From contig CAVXYC010000019.1 of NCBI GenBank assembly GCA_963765765.1, positions 224,001 through 288,000 on the forward strand: a stretch of 64,000 nt of DNA, given 5' to 3'. The notes beneath the pieces were generated by a model. It ran no database searches. It saw only the letters and a list, made by a program, of their open reading frames with translations, and had not been told where the DNA came from. The stretch comes from an uncultured Chloroflexia bacterium (GTDB taxonomy: Bacteria; Chloroflexota; UBA6077; JACCZL01). The translations under genes were made by a program, and so were the position numbers. This document shows, one piece after another, positions 20,260-31,288 of this stretch; within the stretch, counting starts at the first letter, position 1; each line of letters opens with the position of its first letter.

Positions 20260-21414
20260 CTACCGCCGGGTCGCGATCTTCTCCAGAAGGGCCACACACT
20301 CCGCTGGGTTCGGAAGTGCGGCGATGTCGCCCGCGATGCGGCGGGCCACGGTGCGATGGGTGTCCGATTGGAGTATTCGCTCGAGCGCCTCGCGAACGTT
20401 GCTCTCTGCGTTCGGACCCTGCTGAACGGTGATGCCGGCACCGATGGATTCGGTGCGGTGGGCATTGGCATGCTGGTCCGTGGTGAACAGTGGGACGTTG
20501 ACTATTGGAACTCCGGCGCTCAAGGCAAGCATCGTCGTGCCGAAACCGCCGTGGCCCACGATTGCCGCGGCCCTCGGCATGACTCGCTCCTGGGGAAACC
20601 AGCGTTCGACGTGCGCGTTGGTAGGGAGCGGCTCAAGCTCCCGCGGGTCGGCGGCTTCGCCAAGTGTAAGCAGCACCCTGACTGGCAGATCGGCGGCGGC
20701 CTTCAACATGGTTCGATAGAGCTCCGGATAGAAGCCCAGACTGGCTGTCACGCTGCCGAAGGTCATATAGACTAGCGGGTCGGCGCGGTTGGTCCACCAC
20801 TCTTCGGGAATCGGATCGCGGTTCGCGGTGCCGGGGGGATAGCGGAATCGGTGGGGAGCGGCGCCATCTGTCTGGGCGTCATCGTCAAAACTCGCTGGTA
20901 CCAGCGTGAGTCGCGGCACGGTCGCTAGACTGCCCGCGCCGCGGTCCAGGCCGAGAGCACGGAGTGGCTCATCCACGAGTGGCCGAACTGCAAGTTCCAC
21001 CGAATTGAGGGAGAGGGCAACCTGAGCGTGGGGGATGCCGGCGCGCTCCGCCACCACGAGCGAAGAAAACTCCGCCACCTCGCGCAGCACGAGATCTGGA
21101 CGCCACTGGTTGGCCAAAGCCTGCATCGCAGGCAGGGCTGAGCGCGCGTCGATGCCACAGAACACCTCCTTGAAGATCACGGCGTTGGCCTCTTCTAAAG
21201 AGAGCGAGGGCAGACGGGAGAAGATAGGTCCGAGAACTTCCGGTGGCGCGTCTGCCACGGCGACGTGGTCAAGGCCCGTACGCCGCACGGATGCTTCGAA
21301 TGACGCCGGGGCCGCCACGCGTACCTCGTGACCCGCGTCGCGCAGAGCGATCGCGAAGGGAACGACCGGTCCGAAGTGGCCTTCCCCGGCGGTGGTGGCT
21401 ACCAGTATGCGCAT
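20260..21414 (-). CDS. GT1/MGT-type glycosyltransferase
   Basis: GEGHFGP, AGHEV, YMTFGS, WFPQ...HGGFGT...DQHANA. Confidence 0.85.
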   Translation of the reverse strand: MRILVATTAGEGHFGPVVPFAIALRDAGHEVRVAAPASFEASVRRTGLDHVAVADAPPEVLGPIFSRLPSLSLEEANAVIFKEVFCGIDARSALPAMQALANQWRPDLVLREVAEFSSLVVAERAGIPHAQVALSLNSVELAVRPLVDEPLRALGLDRGAGSLATVPRLTLVPASFDDDAQTDGAAPHRFRYPPGTANRDPIPEEWWTNRADPLVYMTFGSVTASLGFYPELYRTMLKAAADLPVRVLLTLGEAADPRELEPLPTNAHVERWFPQERVMPRAAAIVGHGGFGTTMLALSAGVPIVNVPLFTTDQHANAHRTESIGAGITVQQGPNAESNVREALERILQSDTHRTVARRIAGDIAALPNPAECVALLEKIATRR

Positions 21415-21449
21415 CGTCCGCACTTCTCCATCATCACAGCTGACGCTCG

Positions 21450-22700
21450 CTAGAATCCCTCGGGCACGGAGACCTGGTGCTGTAGTTTGATCTCCTCGTG
21501 GCGGCGGGCGGATTCCATGATTGCCCATTGCGCTTCGGCGGTGGCCAGTCCCCAGCGGCCGTCATGCAGCATGGGCTTATCGTCGCGAATGGCATTGACC
21601 AGCTCCATGGCTTCCTCGTCCATGAAGACCATGCCTTCGCCTTTTCTTTGAGAGATGGGAATCTCCCGCAGGCCATCCTCACCGTAGAAGTACAGGCCAT
21701 CGGCTGACGCGCGGATGTCGCCCTTGTCAAAGCTCATGATGAAGACGCCCTGGTTGCCGGGTAGCCATGGGCCACCGCGACTGGTTACTACGGCTCGGCC
21801 GGTCTCCCAGGGAATCTGGGGACCGCCCTCGCCCTCAATGAGCGCTCCGAAGCGACTGGCTTCCTTGCCCTTGGACTCATCCATCTCGCCACTCAAGAGC
21901 GCCTGACGTGAACGGGCGCGAGAGCTGATGTCCTTGTCCTCTGCCCATGGCAGCAATCCGAGGGTGTCAAAAAATCCGTACGCGTTATAGGTAACGGTCG
22001 CGGGCGTGCCGTTTTCAAACTCCATCAGGGCGGTGAAATAGCCTGTGCCGTTCGGACGCTCCGGTCGCCAGGTGCCCGTCACGGCGCGCACGCTTTTTAA
22101 CTTGCCTCCGCCGATCCATCGAATCGTTTCAAGCTGGTGCGGTGCCTGTCGCCAGACGATGCCGCCGCCCTGGCTATCGTCCACTTCCTGCGGCTCGCGC
22201 GGACGCAGCATCCAGCCGGTGAAGGCCCACATATTGATCGCGCGAAGCTCGCCCAGCTCATCGTTCAGCATCATCTTGCGAATCGTCTGGATGAGCGCGT
22301 TGGTGCCCTGAGTCTGACCGCCGGCCAGGATTTTGGCGCCCGTCTTGTCAGCGGCGTCCAGCACCTTCTGGCAGTCCTCTACCGTGAGCCCAAACGGCTT
22401 GCGGACACACATGTGTTTGCCAGCCTGCGCGGCGAGGAGAGCGTGCTGCGCGTGGAACTTGTTCGGCGTGGCGATCCAGATGGCGTCCACATCAGGGTCG
22501 GCGCACAGGTCTGCCACATCCTGGTAGGTGCGTGCGCCGTCATAGCGAGCCTTGAAGGCGTCCAGGGCGTGGGGCCGATAAAGATCCGCCGCCGCGACCA
22601 GCTTGATCTCCGGCATTCTTTCGAGCGCCGGCATGAATTCCGTACACCCGAAACCGAGTCCCGCCACTGCCACGCGGAGTGGCTCTTGATTGCTTGCCAT
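21450..22700 (-). CDS. Gfo/Idh/MocA oxidoreductase, phthalate 4,5-cis-dihydrodiol dehydrogenase-like
   Basis: VAVAGLG, IATPNKFH, RPREPQEVDDSQGGGIVWRQAPHQ, HDGRWGLAT. Confidence 0.8.
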   Translation of the reverse strand: MASNQEPLRVAVAGLGFGCTEFMPALERMPEIKLVAAADLYRPHALDAFKARYDGARTYQDVADLCADPDVDAIWIATPNKFHAQHALLAAQAGKHMCVRKPFGLTVEDCQKVLDAADKTGAKILAGGQTQGTNALIQTIRKMMLNDELGELRAINMWAFTGWMLRPREPQEVDDSQGGGIVWRQAPHQLETIRWIGGGKLKSVRAVTGTWRPERPNGTGYFTALMEFENGTPATVTYNAYGFFDTLGLLPWAEDKDISSRARSRQALLSGEMDESKGKEASRFGALIEGEGGPQIPWETGRAVVTSRGGPWLPGNQGVFIMSFDKGDIRASADGLYFYGEDGLREIPISQRKGEGMVFMDEEAMELVNAIRDDKPMLHDGRWGLATAEAQWAIMESARRHEEIKLQHQVSVPEGF

Positions 22701-22838
22701 CGCGCATGCACCTACCTTTTAGTGATCGATGAGCGCCCGTCGGCGCGCACGTCGTCCATCGTACTCGCTCATGACGGGCGCATGTAGTGAGGTTGTTAGC
22801 GGTTTACGCTCAGATTTTTGAACGGGTGCCAGACATCT

Positions 22839-22946
22839 CGTAGCGCGGTGGTGTTACGCCCCACGCCCGTAGGGATCCTGATGTCCGAAGACGATTTATC
22901 GGCCTGAGGATCCCTCGGGCGCGGGGCGCAACACCACCGCGCTACG
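22839..22946. repeat. GTAG-type REP doublet
   Basis: cgtagcgcggtggtgttacgcccc ... ggggcgcaacaccaccgcgctacg. Confidence 0.75.
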
Positions 22947-23038
22947 GGTGGATCGATTTCGAGCAGAGGCGATCCAGTGAATCCCTAAAGCGCTCACTAC
23001 ATGCACTGGGCACGCGATCACAGGACGGGTTGACGGTT

Positions 23039-24513
23039 CTAGGGCAGGGGAGAGCCGAGGGCGATGGTCAAGACCTGACTTCGGTGGCCTTCGCCGATAT
23101 TGTTGCCGCTCTTATCGAATTTGCCCACGTCGAAATCGTTGTCGTTGGCCACCATGATGGTTGATCTGTCCAGGAGCACAACGCTTTCGATCTTTTCAGG
23201 CACCTTGCCAATGGTGGAGAGGTCGAGCACGAGCGACTTTGAGAGCACCTGCACACCCGTGGTGCTCAAGTCGCGGATAGTTTCAATGCTGGGTCGCCGA
23301 TTCGGATCGTCCCATACTGTCCCGAGCACGTTCGTTGCAGGGCGAAGATCGACTCGGTAGATTTTGGCAACCTTGTCCGTTCGTTCGAGCACGAGCAGGC
23401 TGTCGTTTCCGGCGGAGGCGAGCGCTGAGATCCTCATCTCTTCCGGCTCGTTCTTTACAGACGGATCGAAGTCGGCCACCAGCTCCAGACGGTACACGTA
23501 CTCGGCGGTGGTGCGCTCTGTTGCAATGTCAAACGCGAGAATCCGAGTGTTTCGAGGGTAGAAATCGTTCTTGCCCGTATTCGAGAGCGCGCTCTGGGTG
23601 GCGAGATAGATGGTTCGACCATCATCACTGATCGCGATTCCCTCGAAGCCGCGATTGTCAGCACGCTGGCCGAAAATACTCGGTAGGGTTTCCACTACCG
23701 GATAGTCAGCGTCCTGGAGGCGAAGACCCTCTGGTGTAAAGCGTTTCTGGACCTTTCCGCCGGCGCCCACGCGAACCAGGGATGGTCCATATTCATCCGC
23801 CAGCCAGAATTCCCCGGATGGCGCACGCACAATGCCCTCCGTATCGATACCGGAAGGATTGAAGGGCAGTGGTCGTTCGCCGGTGTAGTCGTAGAGCGGC
23901 TCGTTGTGCTTCTCCAGATTCGGAAGGCCGGTCACCGGACGACCAGACTGGCCGACGATCGGGACGACATCCATGACGGCGATATTGGGCCCATCGACTC
24001 GAGCGTGAATCATTATGGGCGTGTAAGAGTCAATTGGGTAAGTCCGGCGATCCTTCCCGTCTATTCTGGCGCGCCCGTTCGGCCCGCGGTCGGTGATCAT
24101 CCAAAGCTCGTTGGGTGGATCGACGGGGGAATGCCACAGATCGCTGCCCACGCCGCCCACCATGAGTTTGTGATCGTTGTCAATGAGTCCTGGAAAGACG
24201 TCGTTCAGTACTTTCCCGATGGGCAAGTCAGGAAACGTCGCGGTCTGTACGAGCCGCGGTTTCGACTCAGCCGGGGATTGAATCGGTTCGCCTCTTTGCG
24301 CCGGCCTGTCTCTGTGGTGGGTGCGGGCTGGGGTTGCGCGGTGGCCGGCGGGCTCGCGCCCGCCCTCGGTGCAGTCCGTGACGAGGCGGCTGTGGGCTCG
24401 GGCGGAGTTTGGGTTGGCGCGGTGGTTGAAGATTGCGCAGTGCAGGCAGTCAATCCAACGATCATGACCGTTGCGAGGAGATGCGCGCCGCGCGAAACGG
24501 ACTTGCTATTCAT
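23039..24513 (-). CDS. Esterase-like activity of phytase (phytase-like) family lipoprotein (frameshifted near 24250-24300)
   Basis: Lipobox LTAC and Pro/Thr linker in ORF 24205..24594; TDRGPN, DTEGI, DEYGP, NRGFEGI, LVLER, NDNDF in ORF 23039..24226. Confidence 0.8.
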
Positions 24514-24661
24514 GGGATTCGGTTCGGCAAATCGATTAAAAGCACTGATAGTCCCAGCCTGGCTGATACATATCTGAACGAATGCCAATGGCATTCCGGG
24601 AACTAAGTGCTGGCAAAGGCGGTCTCACCTCGGGGCCTATGTCGATGCGTCGTCGACCTAA

Positions 24662-24706
24662 AGAGAGAAAGGGCCAGGGGATTGTGTCCCCTGGCCCTTT
24701 CTTTTT
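24662..24706. terminator. Intrinsic terminator, possibly bidirectional
   Basis: gaaagggccagggg-attgtgt-cccctggccctttc with pyrimidine/T-rich tails on both strands, just after the zinc-ribbon gene stop. Confidence 0.75.
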
Positions 24707-24732
24707 CGAGTACTGATACTCTGGTGCGCGAT

Positions 24733-25095
24733 TTAGCGGTATGAGCCTCGCTGCTTGGAGAAGCAGTCTGAGCAATAAACGGGCTTGTCACCGCGCGGCT
24801 GGAAAGGCACGCGGGCTTCATTGCCACAGTCTGAGCATACGGCGGAGTACATCTGTCGCTCGGAGCGACCATATCCGCCGCCGCCACCACCACTGCTGTA
24901 GCCGCCAGAGCTATAGCCACCGGAGCTATAGCCACCGGTGTCGCCCCGGGAAGCCTTTCGGGCCGCACGACAATCGGGACATCGGGAGGGCTCGTTATTG
25001 AAGCCCTTCATCGCGTGGAACTCTTGTTCCCCGCTCGTGAATACAAATGCCTGTCCGCAATCGCGGCAGGAGAGGGTCTTGTCGGCGTAGGTCAC
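24733..25095 (-). CDS. Zinc-ribbon + CxxC-x17-CxxC domain protein with Gly-rich linker
   Basis: DKTLSCRDCGQAFVFTSGEQEF...PSRCPDCR, CSDCGNEARVPFQPRGDKPVYCSDCF; GTG start with AGGAG RBS. Confidence 0.9.
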   Translation of the reverse strand: MTYADKTLSCRDCGQAFVFTSGEQEFHAMKGFNNEPSRCPDCRAARKASRGDTGGYSSGGYSSGGYSSGGGGGGYGRSERQMYSAVCSDCGNEARVPFQPRGDKPVYCSDCFSKQRGSYR

Positions 25096-25531
25096 GCTGA
25101 CTCCTATACGTGGGCTTGGTGGTTCCGTCAGCGCGAGTCTACACGGGGAACAGGAGCGGCCAATGGTTGCCGCGGCGTAATCCCGACCAGTTGGCCGTCC
25201 TGCGAAACTATCCAGCGGTACAAGTATACGCGATAACCACCAAGTTTTCATGCAACCTTCATGCAAAGTTGCCCGGAATCTTGTCCAGATGGCGGGTATT
25301 GGCCTAGAAATGGCATTCGAGCGGTTCAAAAGCTAGTCTCGGTAGGTCATCGGTCAGTACGCTTCTCACCATATTTACGCGGCTCCGCGGTGTGAGCCCC
25401 GCGCCTGGACAGCCTCAGAGACGGCACGTAAGCTGCTCAACGCGCCGCTTCCGCGACCGTCGCGATGTGAGATTCGGCCTCAGTTCAATCGTATGCGAGC
25501 ACATAATCCGTCACGGAAGCAGGAGGATAGG

Positions 25532-25759
25532 TTGTTGGAATCAATGGTTGGGAGTCGCCGCACATGGCGACGAGCAGTTGCTGGCGCGGCGCTTTTGGCC
25601 TTGCCAGTCCTGATGGCCTGCCAATCGTCCGCTCCTACAGCGTCGCCAACTACAAAGCCTGTGGCCGCGACCTCTGCGCCCCCGTCTCCCGCGCCGTCTC
25701 CGGCGGCTTCCCCTGTTGCTTCTCCGGCCGCTTCCCCCATCGCGCCGGCTCCCCGCTAG
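25532..25759 (+). CDS. Short Ser/Pro/Ala-rich lipoprotein
   Basis: AGGAGG RBS at 25521; RR..RR n-region, lipobox LMAC, SPAA repeats. Confidence 0.55.
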   Translation: MLESMVGSRRTWRRAVAGAALLALPVLMACQSSAPTASPTTKPVAATSAPPSPAPSPAASPVASPAASPIAPAPR

Positions 25760-25841
25760 CCCACGGTGGCGGAGATCGGCGGCAATGTCGGATTGGGCCG
25801 CTTTCGTAAACAGGTGTGAACGAAGCACCAAGGATTTCTCC

Positions 25842-26648
25842 ATGAGCGGTATCGCCAACGTCGCGACTCAATTTCGGTTGGACGGGAAGTGTGCCCTGGT
25901 GACGGGCGCTTCCCGCGGGATAGGCCGTGGCATTGCGCTGGGGCTGGCGGAAGCCGGAGCGGACATTGCTCTGATCAGTCGCGACCGCGATGCGCTGGAG
26001 TCAAGCGCGTTGGCGGTGCGTGCCCTCGACAGACGCGCCGTTGTGCTCCCGACGGATATGTCTCGAATCGACGAAGTACGAAAGCTTCCTGATCGAGTTG
26101 AGCGTGAGCTTGGGTCCGTTGATATTCTCGTGAATGTGGCCGGTTTCAATCGCAAAACGCCGGCGCTGGAGATGACCGAGGAATCCTGGGACGATGTGCT
26201 GACAGTGAATTTACGCTCGGTCTTCTTCCTGTGCCAGGGCGTGGCGCGCCGTTGGATTGAACGAAAACGGTTTTCCGCGGAGGCTGGGGCTTCCAAGGGG
26301 AAGATCGTGAGTATCGGCAGCCTTGCGGGGGCCATCGGCTTTCCCGGCCAGGCCCAGTATGCTGCCTCCAAGGCCGGCCTGGTTGCCATGTCGCGGGTGC
26401 TCTCGTCAGAGTGGTCTCCGCATGGCATCAACGTGAACGTTGTTGCGCCGGGCTATATCGATACTGAATTGACGGCTCCAATCTGGAGAGACCACGAGCG
26501 CTCCGCCCGCGTGATGAGCCGGACGCCGGCGGGGCGTCCGGGACAAGTCTCTGAGATCGTTGGCACTGTCGTCTATCTCGCCTCGCCCGCCAGCGACTTC
26601 GTTAGCGGGCAGACGATTTTCGTGGATGGTGGCTTCCAGGCCGGCTAG
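25842..26648 (+). CDS. SDR oxidoreductase (KduD/gluconate 5-dehydrogenase-like)
   Basis: TGASRGIG, YAASK, NVVAPGYIDT, VDGG. Confidence 0.9.
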   Translation: MSGIANVATQFRLDGKCALVTGASRGIGRGIALGLAEAGADIALISRDRDALESSALAVRALDRRAVVLPTDMSRIDEVRKLPDRVERELGSVDILVNVAGFNRKTPALEMTEESWDDVLTVNLRSVFFLCQGVARRWIERKRFSAEAGASKGKIVSIGSLAGAIGFPGQAQYAASKAGLVAMSRVLSSEWSPHGINVNVVAPGYIDTELTAPIWRDHERSARVMSRTPAGRPGQVSEIVGTVVYLASPASDFVSGQTIFVDGGFQAG

Positions 26649-27558
26649 GTGACTTCATCTTGAAACCGCAGCGTGGTGGTCTTCAAATCCTCACCGAGCT
26701 CAGTACCAGGGAAGATAGCTGTAGCCGTGGGTAAGTGATCCGCGGGACGCGAGATGGAAGCCGAATAGTGGGTGAGCCAGAGTCGGCGGGCGGACGATCT
26801 GCGGGCCAGCTCAGCCGCCTCGCTGAAAAGCATGTGTCGTCTTTCACGCGCCTTTGGCCGATCGATCTCCTGAGCGTAGTTTGCTTCGCAGATCATCAGA
26901 TCGACATCTCGAGCAAAGTCCACGATCGAATCGATTGGGTTGGTGTCAGTGATGAAGGCGAAACTTAAGCCGCGGCGGTACGAGCCCAGCACGTCGTCTG
27001 GCGCAATGGTCCGATTGCCGATGCGAACCTCCCGACCATGCTGCAGCTCCTTCCAGTGAGCCACTGGAATGCCAAGGGCCGATGCCCGTTCCGGCAGAAA
27101 TGGCCGCGCACGCTCCACACCGAACCGGTAGCCGATACATGGGACGCTGTGCTCCAACGGAAGCACGCCCACAGAAAGCTCGCCAACGCGGAATTCCGCC
27201 GGGGCCCGGACCTCGTGAACTTTCACGGTGAATGGCAGATACGGGGCGATGGAGAGAAGCGCACGCACGACGCGTCGGATACCAGGAGGCCCATAGATAT
27301 CCACGGGCTCGTCCCGGCCGCGTTGCCCAACGTCAACAGGAGCCCAGGGAGTCCTCCCACGTGGTCCCCGTGGAAGTGCGTGATGAGGATCGTGCCGAGC
27401 GCACGAAATCCCCAGCCTAGCCGCCGCATTGAGACCTGCGTCCCCTCACCGCAGTCGATAAGTGAAAGGTGGCCGTTGACTCGGAACAGAAGCGCGCTGA
27501 GGGCTCGCTCAGGCAGGGGCATTGCGCCACCGCTGCCTAGAAGACAGAGATCGATCAT
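26645..27558 (-). CDS. rnz: Ribonuclease Z (frameshift near 27310)
   Basis: [23 protein letters not shown], exosite LGIP...WKELQHG, TDT, THYS. Confidence 0.9.
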
Positions 27559-27613
27559 TCGGCAGGAGCAATGCGGACAAACAACGTAAATCTGCCTTAA
27601 ACTTCGCACAACG

Positions 27614-27994
27614 ATGGCTGGCAAAGGAGCATACGCGCAGGACTTCGATAGGGAGCAAGTCGACCTCCAAACGCGCCGTAACGTCGAGGCACTCGCGCTC
27701 GAGGGTGAAGGGCGAACGGAAGAAGCAATCGCGCTCTACGAACAGAATATCGCTGATGGCTTTGAAGGTGATTGGCCCTACGGGCGCCTGGTCGCTTATT
27801 ACGAGCGACTCGGCCGACTGGATGATGCACAGCGAGTGCTCGAGCGCGGCATCGAAGTGTTCAATGCGTCGAAGCGTCGAACGCCGTTAGATCGTCGATC
27901 TGTGCTGCGCGCTTTCAAGGGGCGGCTCAAGCTCGTGTTGAAGCGAATGCGAGACGAAGCCAAAGCAGGGGCTCTCAAATCTCGGTCTGATTAA
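27614..27994 (+). CDS. TPR-like protein
   Basis: [15 protein letters not shown]...[26 protein letters not shown]. Confidence 0.7.
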   Translation: MAGKGAYAQDFDREQVDLQTRRNVEALALEGEGRTEEAIALYEQNIADGFEGDWPYGRLVAYYERLGRLDDAQRVLERGIEVFNASKRRTPLDRRSVLRAFKGRLKLVLKRMRDEAKAGALKSRSD

Positions 27995-28030
27995 TCCGGG
28001 ACACAGGTCTGCCCTGGATACGCACCACGG

Positions 28031-28279
28031 CTAGCGTGCCGCGCCAGCCACCCCGGCTAACAAGATCACAACGCATGACCCCACAATCGACAGGGCAAGC
28101 GGCACTGCGCCGAGTAACTGCGCACCTGCAACCACGACGATGATCGATGCCGCCGCCCAGATACCGACGCTTCTCAGAACGAGTGTGCGGCGTCGACCCA
28201 GCCAACGCTGCTTCAGACTCAAAACCATCGCAAGTGCCGTGATCGCAACGCTCAGGGCCATGAAGACGATTGCCTGCAT
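28031..28279 (-). CDS. Small three-helix membrane protein downstream of the ABC exporter
   Basis: Three hydrophobic segments; co-oriented with, and 62 bp after, the ABC gene. Confidence 0.45.
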   Translation of the reverse strand: MQAIVFMALSVAITALAMVLSLKQRWLGRRRTLVLRSVGIWAAASIIVVVAGAQLLGAVPLALSIVGSCVVILLAGVAGAAR

Positions 28280-28341
28280 GTAAATCGATCAGTGGAGCGT
28301 CTGGTGGGTCAGATGAGTTGAGGTTCGCTTATCCTGCCTGA

Positions 28342-31076
28342 TCACGGTGTTCTTTCCGGAGTCCTGGCTTCGCGATCGGGATCCATTTCGGACGAACTCT
28401 GTGAGTCGTGGCCATTGGTCATCGCTGCGATGATGATCTGATTCTGATCGTCGAATAACTTTCGATAGACGCCACCATTCACCATCAGCTCGGCGTGCGT
28501 GCCCGACTCGGCAATCTCGCCACGATCCACCACGTAGATGCGGTCGGCGCGCATGGCCAGCGCAAGTCGATGGGTGATGCTAATGACAGTCTTATCACGA
28601 GTGACCTCGTCAAGCTCCTCCAGAATCTCCCGTTCCGTCTCGGCATCCAGGGCGCTAGTCGCCTCATCCAGGATGAGGATCGACGGATTGCGCAGGAGCG
28701 CTCGAGCCACGGCGATGCGTTGGCGCTGTCCACCCGAGAGCCGAGAGCCCCGCTCACCTACGAGCGTGTGGTAGCCGGATGGCAATGACATGATGAATTC
28801 ATGGATGCGGGCGCGCTTCGCCGCGGTGATGATCTCCTCGTCCGTCGCGCCCAGTTTCCCGAGACCGATGTTCTCGCGGATGGTCATGTTGAACAGGAAG
28901 GTGTCCTGGGAGACGAGACCGATCTCAGCACGGAGCGCGTGAAGCGCAATGTTTGTCGTGGGCACGCCGTCGATCCGGATCACGCCTTCTGTCGGGTCGT
29001 AAAAACGTGGAACCATGTTGACCAGGGTTGACTTTCCAGCACCGGTAGGACCGACAAATGCCACGCTGTCGCCGGCCGGTATCTCGAGGCTGACATTGCG
29101 CAAGATCTGGTCGGCACCGTTGTACGAAAACCAGACGCCGTCGAATTGGACCGTTGACGACCCTTGCCAATTCGGCCGAATGGGAGCGCGCTCCGGAGTC
29201 TCATCAAGGGGCTCGACCTCGAACTTCAGAACTTCCTCAACGCGTTGGAGGACCGCGGCCGAGAGCGCAACATACCGATAGATGTTAAGAAGCGAGTGCA
29301 TCCGGGAGATGCCACGCGTCGTTTGAGTGACGAATGCCAGGATTGTTCCGACGGTGATAATTCCGAACACCGCGAGGATCCCACCGACGAGGTAGACGAG
29401 CTTTCCAAAGAACTGGTCCACCAATTGCAGCGTCTCGGCGAAGAGTCCGGTGTAGAAGTCCGACCGGATCTCAACCCTTCTGGAGTGCTCAATTCCCGGC
29501 TCGGATCGGCGACGCAGGAATCGTTGGAGGTTGCCAATTTGAATCAGCGGGTGAGCATCCACCATCTGCTTGAGGTCTGCGTTGAGCTGGGCCAATCGTT
29601 CCTGCCGTGCGCGAGTCGCGCGCTGGAGTTTTGGTCCGAGCCACGCCGCAATCGCAATGTAGAGGGGTGAGGCGAACACGAGCACAAGTGTCAACTGCCA
29701 GGAAAGTAGGAACATTGCCCAGATGACCGCGATGAGGAAGGTAATGTGATAGATGCTGTACGAAACGATCTGAGTCATAGGGTCCGCGAGTCGCACAAGA
29801 TCGCTCAAAAATCGCGCTTGGAGATCACCTGTGGATGTGCGATTGAAGTTCGTTGCGCTCAGCCCATTGACTCGGTCGAGGTACCGTAGGCGAAAGTCCC
29901 GCAAGACGTTCTGGCCCAGGACGTTGACGTAATAAACCAAGAGAATCTGGGTACCCGCTGCGAGAAGATTTGCTCCCAGCAACGCGAGAACCAGGCGGAT
30001 GATTCGCGCCGTCTTGATGAGACGAAGCTCATCTGGGTCTTGACCGAGGAAGTGTGCAACCCCCTCCATCGCAAATCCCAAACCTGTCCAGGGTTCCTGA
30101 GTGATAGCGGGTGCATCTGGCTGCAACGCGATCGTATCGGTGATGTCCCGTATAAGAAACGGCGAGAACTGGGCAACAAAGCTGGTGACGAAGACCAGCG
30201 CCATGCACCAGGTCACTAGCTTGGGATATGGGCGGAAGTATGGTAGCGATCGTTTCAGAAAATTGAGCCAGCCAACGGTCTTCCGCCCAGTGCCCAGCTT
30301 GAGCTGAAATTCGATCCACTCAACCGTAAGACCTTCGATGTACTTGCCATAGGCCACCGCTGATGCGTAAGAGATGTCACCGCCAGCTGTTTCCCGGATG
30401 AACTCGACGCATGGCTTTGGGCCCATCGCGCGTCAGGAGATAGTCGCCAAACGATTCCGCGATGGGCCAGTAGGAGTCTTCGGTCGGTGCGTGCTGCAGG
30501 ACCACCGATCAGGCAGTCGTAGACTGGTAGCTTCCAGTCGTTCTCCCGGCCGATCTCGCGGCAGATGTCGTCCGCTCGCTGAACCTCGATAGGCCGACTG
30601 GAGAATGGCAGCCCGGGTTCGACTCGCGCGGCAATCGCTCGCGCGATGCCGCCGATGAGGAAGTCGAGCCCCTTGGGCTGGGTGAGTGCTACGGCACGTG
30701 CTGAGACATCAGCAGTCGTGCCCTCACTCTGGATCCGATACAGGATGACTCGCGCGATCTCCCGTGCAAGACCGTAGGCAGGAACGTCTCGTGTGAGTAC
30801 AACGTTCACTTCGCCGTCAATTGGATCGCTGGACGCTTCATCGGAGCCGTCCGGCTGCGACTCGCGGCAGATAATCCGGATTGGAGCTGGTTGAGTGGCC
30901 AGCCTGGACTTAAGCTGGAGCTGCTTTAGAACGGCTGAAAGCACCTGCCGGGCATGCTGCCCGAACTGCTGCCGTACACTCTCCGCGTGGGATCCCGGGA
31001 GGTAGGCGACCTCGAGATCCTTGTACTGTTCAGTCCGATAACCGGCGGGAAGCCCCCTACCACTGGATCCGTTCAC
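28342..31076 (-). CDS. ABC exporter (TMD + canonical NBD) with N-terminal peptidase-MA-like domain; frameshifts near 30410-30480
   Basis: NBD motifs GPTGAGKST, LSGGQRQR, ILDEATSALD, THRL; a third frame bridges the two ORFs (YWPIAESFGDYLLTRDGP); GTG start with AAGGA RBS. Confidence 0.85.
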
Positions 31077-31144
31077 GAGGTCCTTTCAGCGCAAGCGTCG
31101 CCGCGTGCGAGTGCCACGAGCCGATAATACCGATAGGAATACGT

Positions 31145-31182
31145 CCATGCAATCGATTCCATGGTGACAGTAACGCTGTCAC
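31145..31182. promoter_or_regulatory. Two abutting palindromes in the divergent ABC intergenic region
   Basis: CCATG-C-AATCGATT-C-CATGG (31145-31164) and GTGACAG-TAACG-CTGTCAC (31164-31182). Confidence 0.45.
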
Positions 31183-31288
31183 GTACGATTGTCCTCCATA
31201 TTGGTGATGGTTGCTCTCTCGTGCAACAATGAGCGTCCACAACGATGCTGACGTGATGACCGTGAAGGACACCGAGAAAGGAGGCTCC

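Noticed and set aside
25532-25759. RiPP precursor or cargo for the ABC pair
   Set aside because: It has a lipoprotein signal, no double-glycine leader and no tailoring enzymes.
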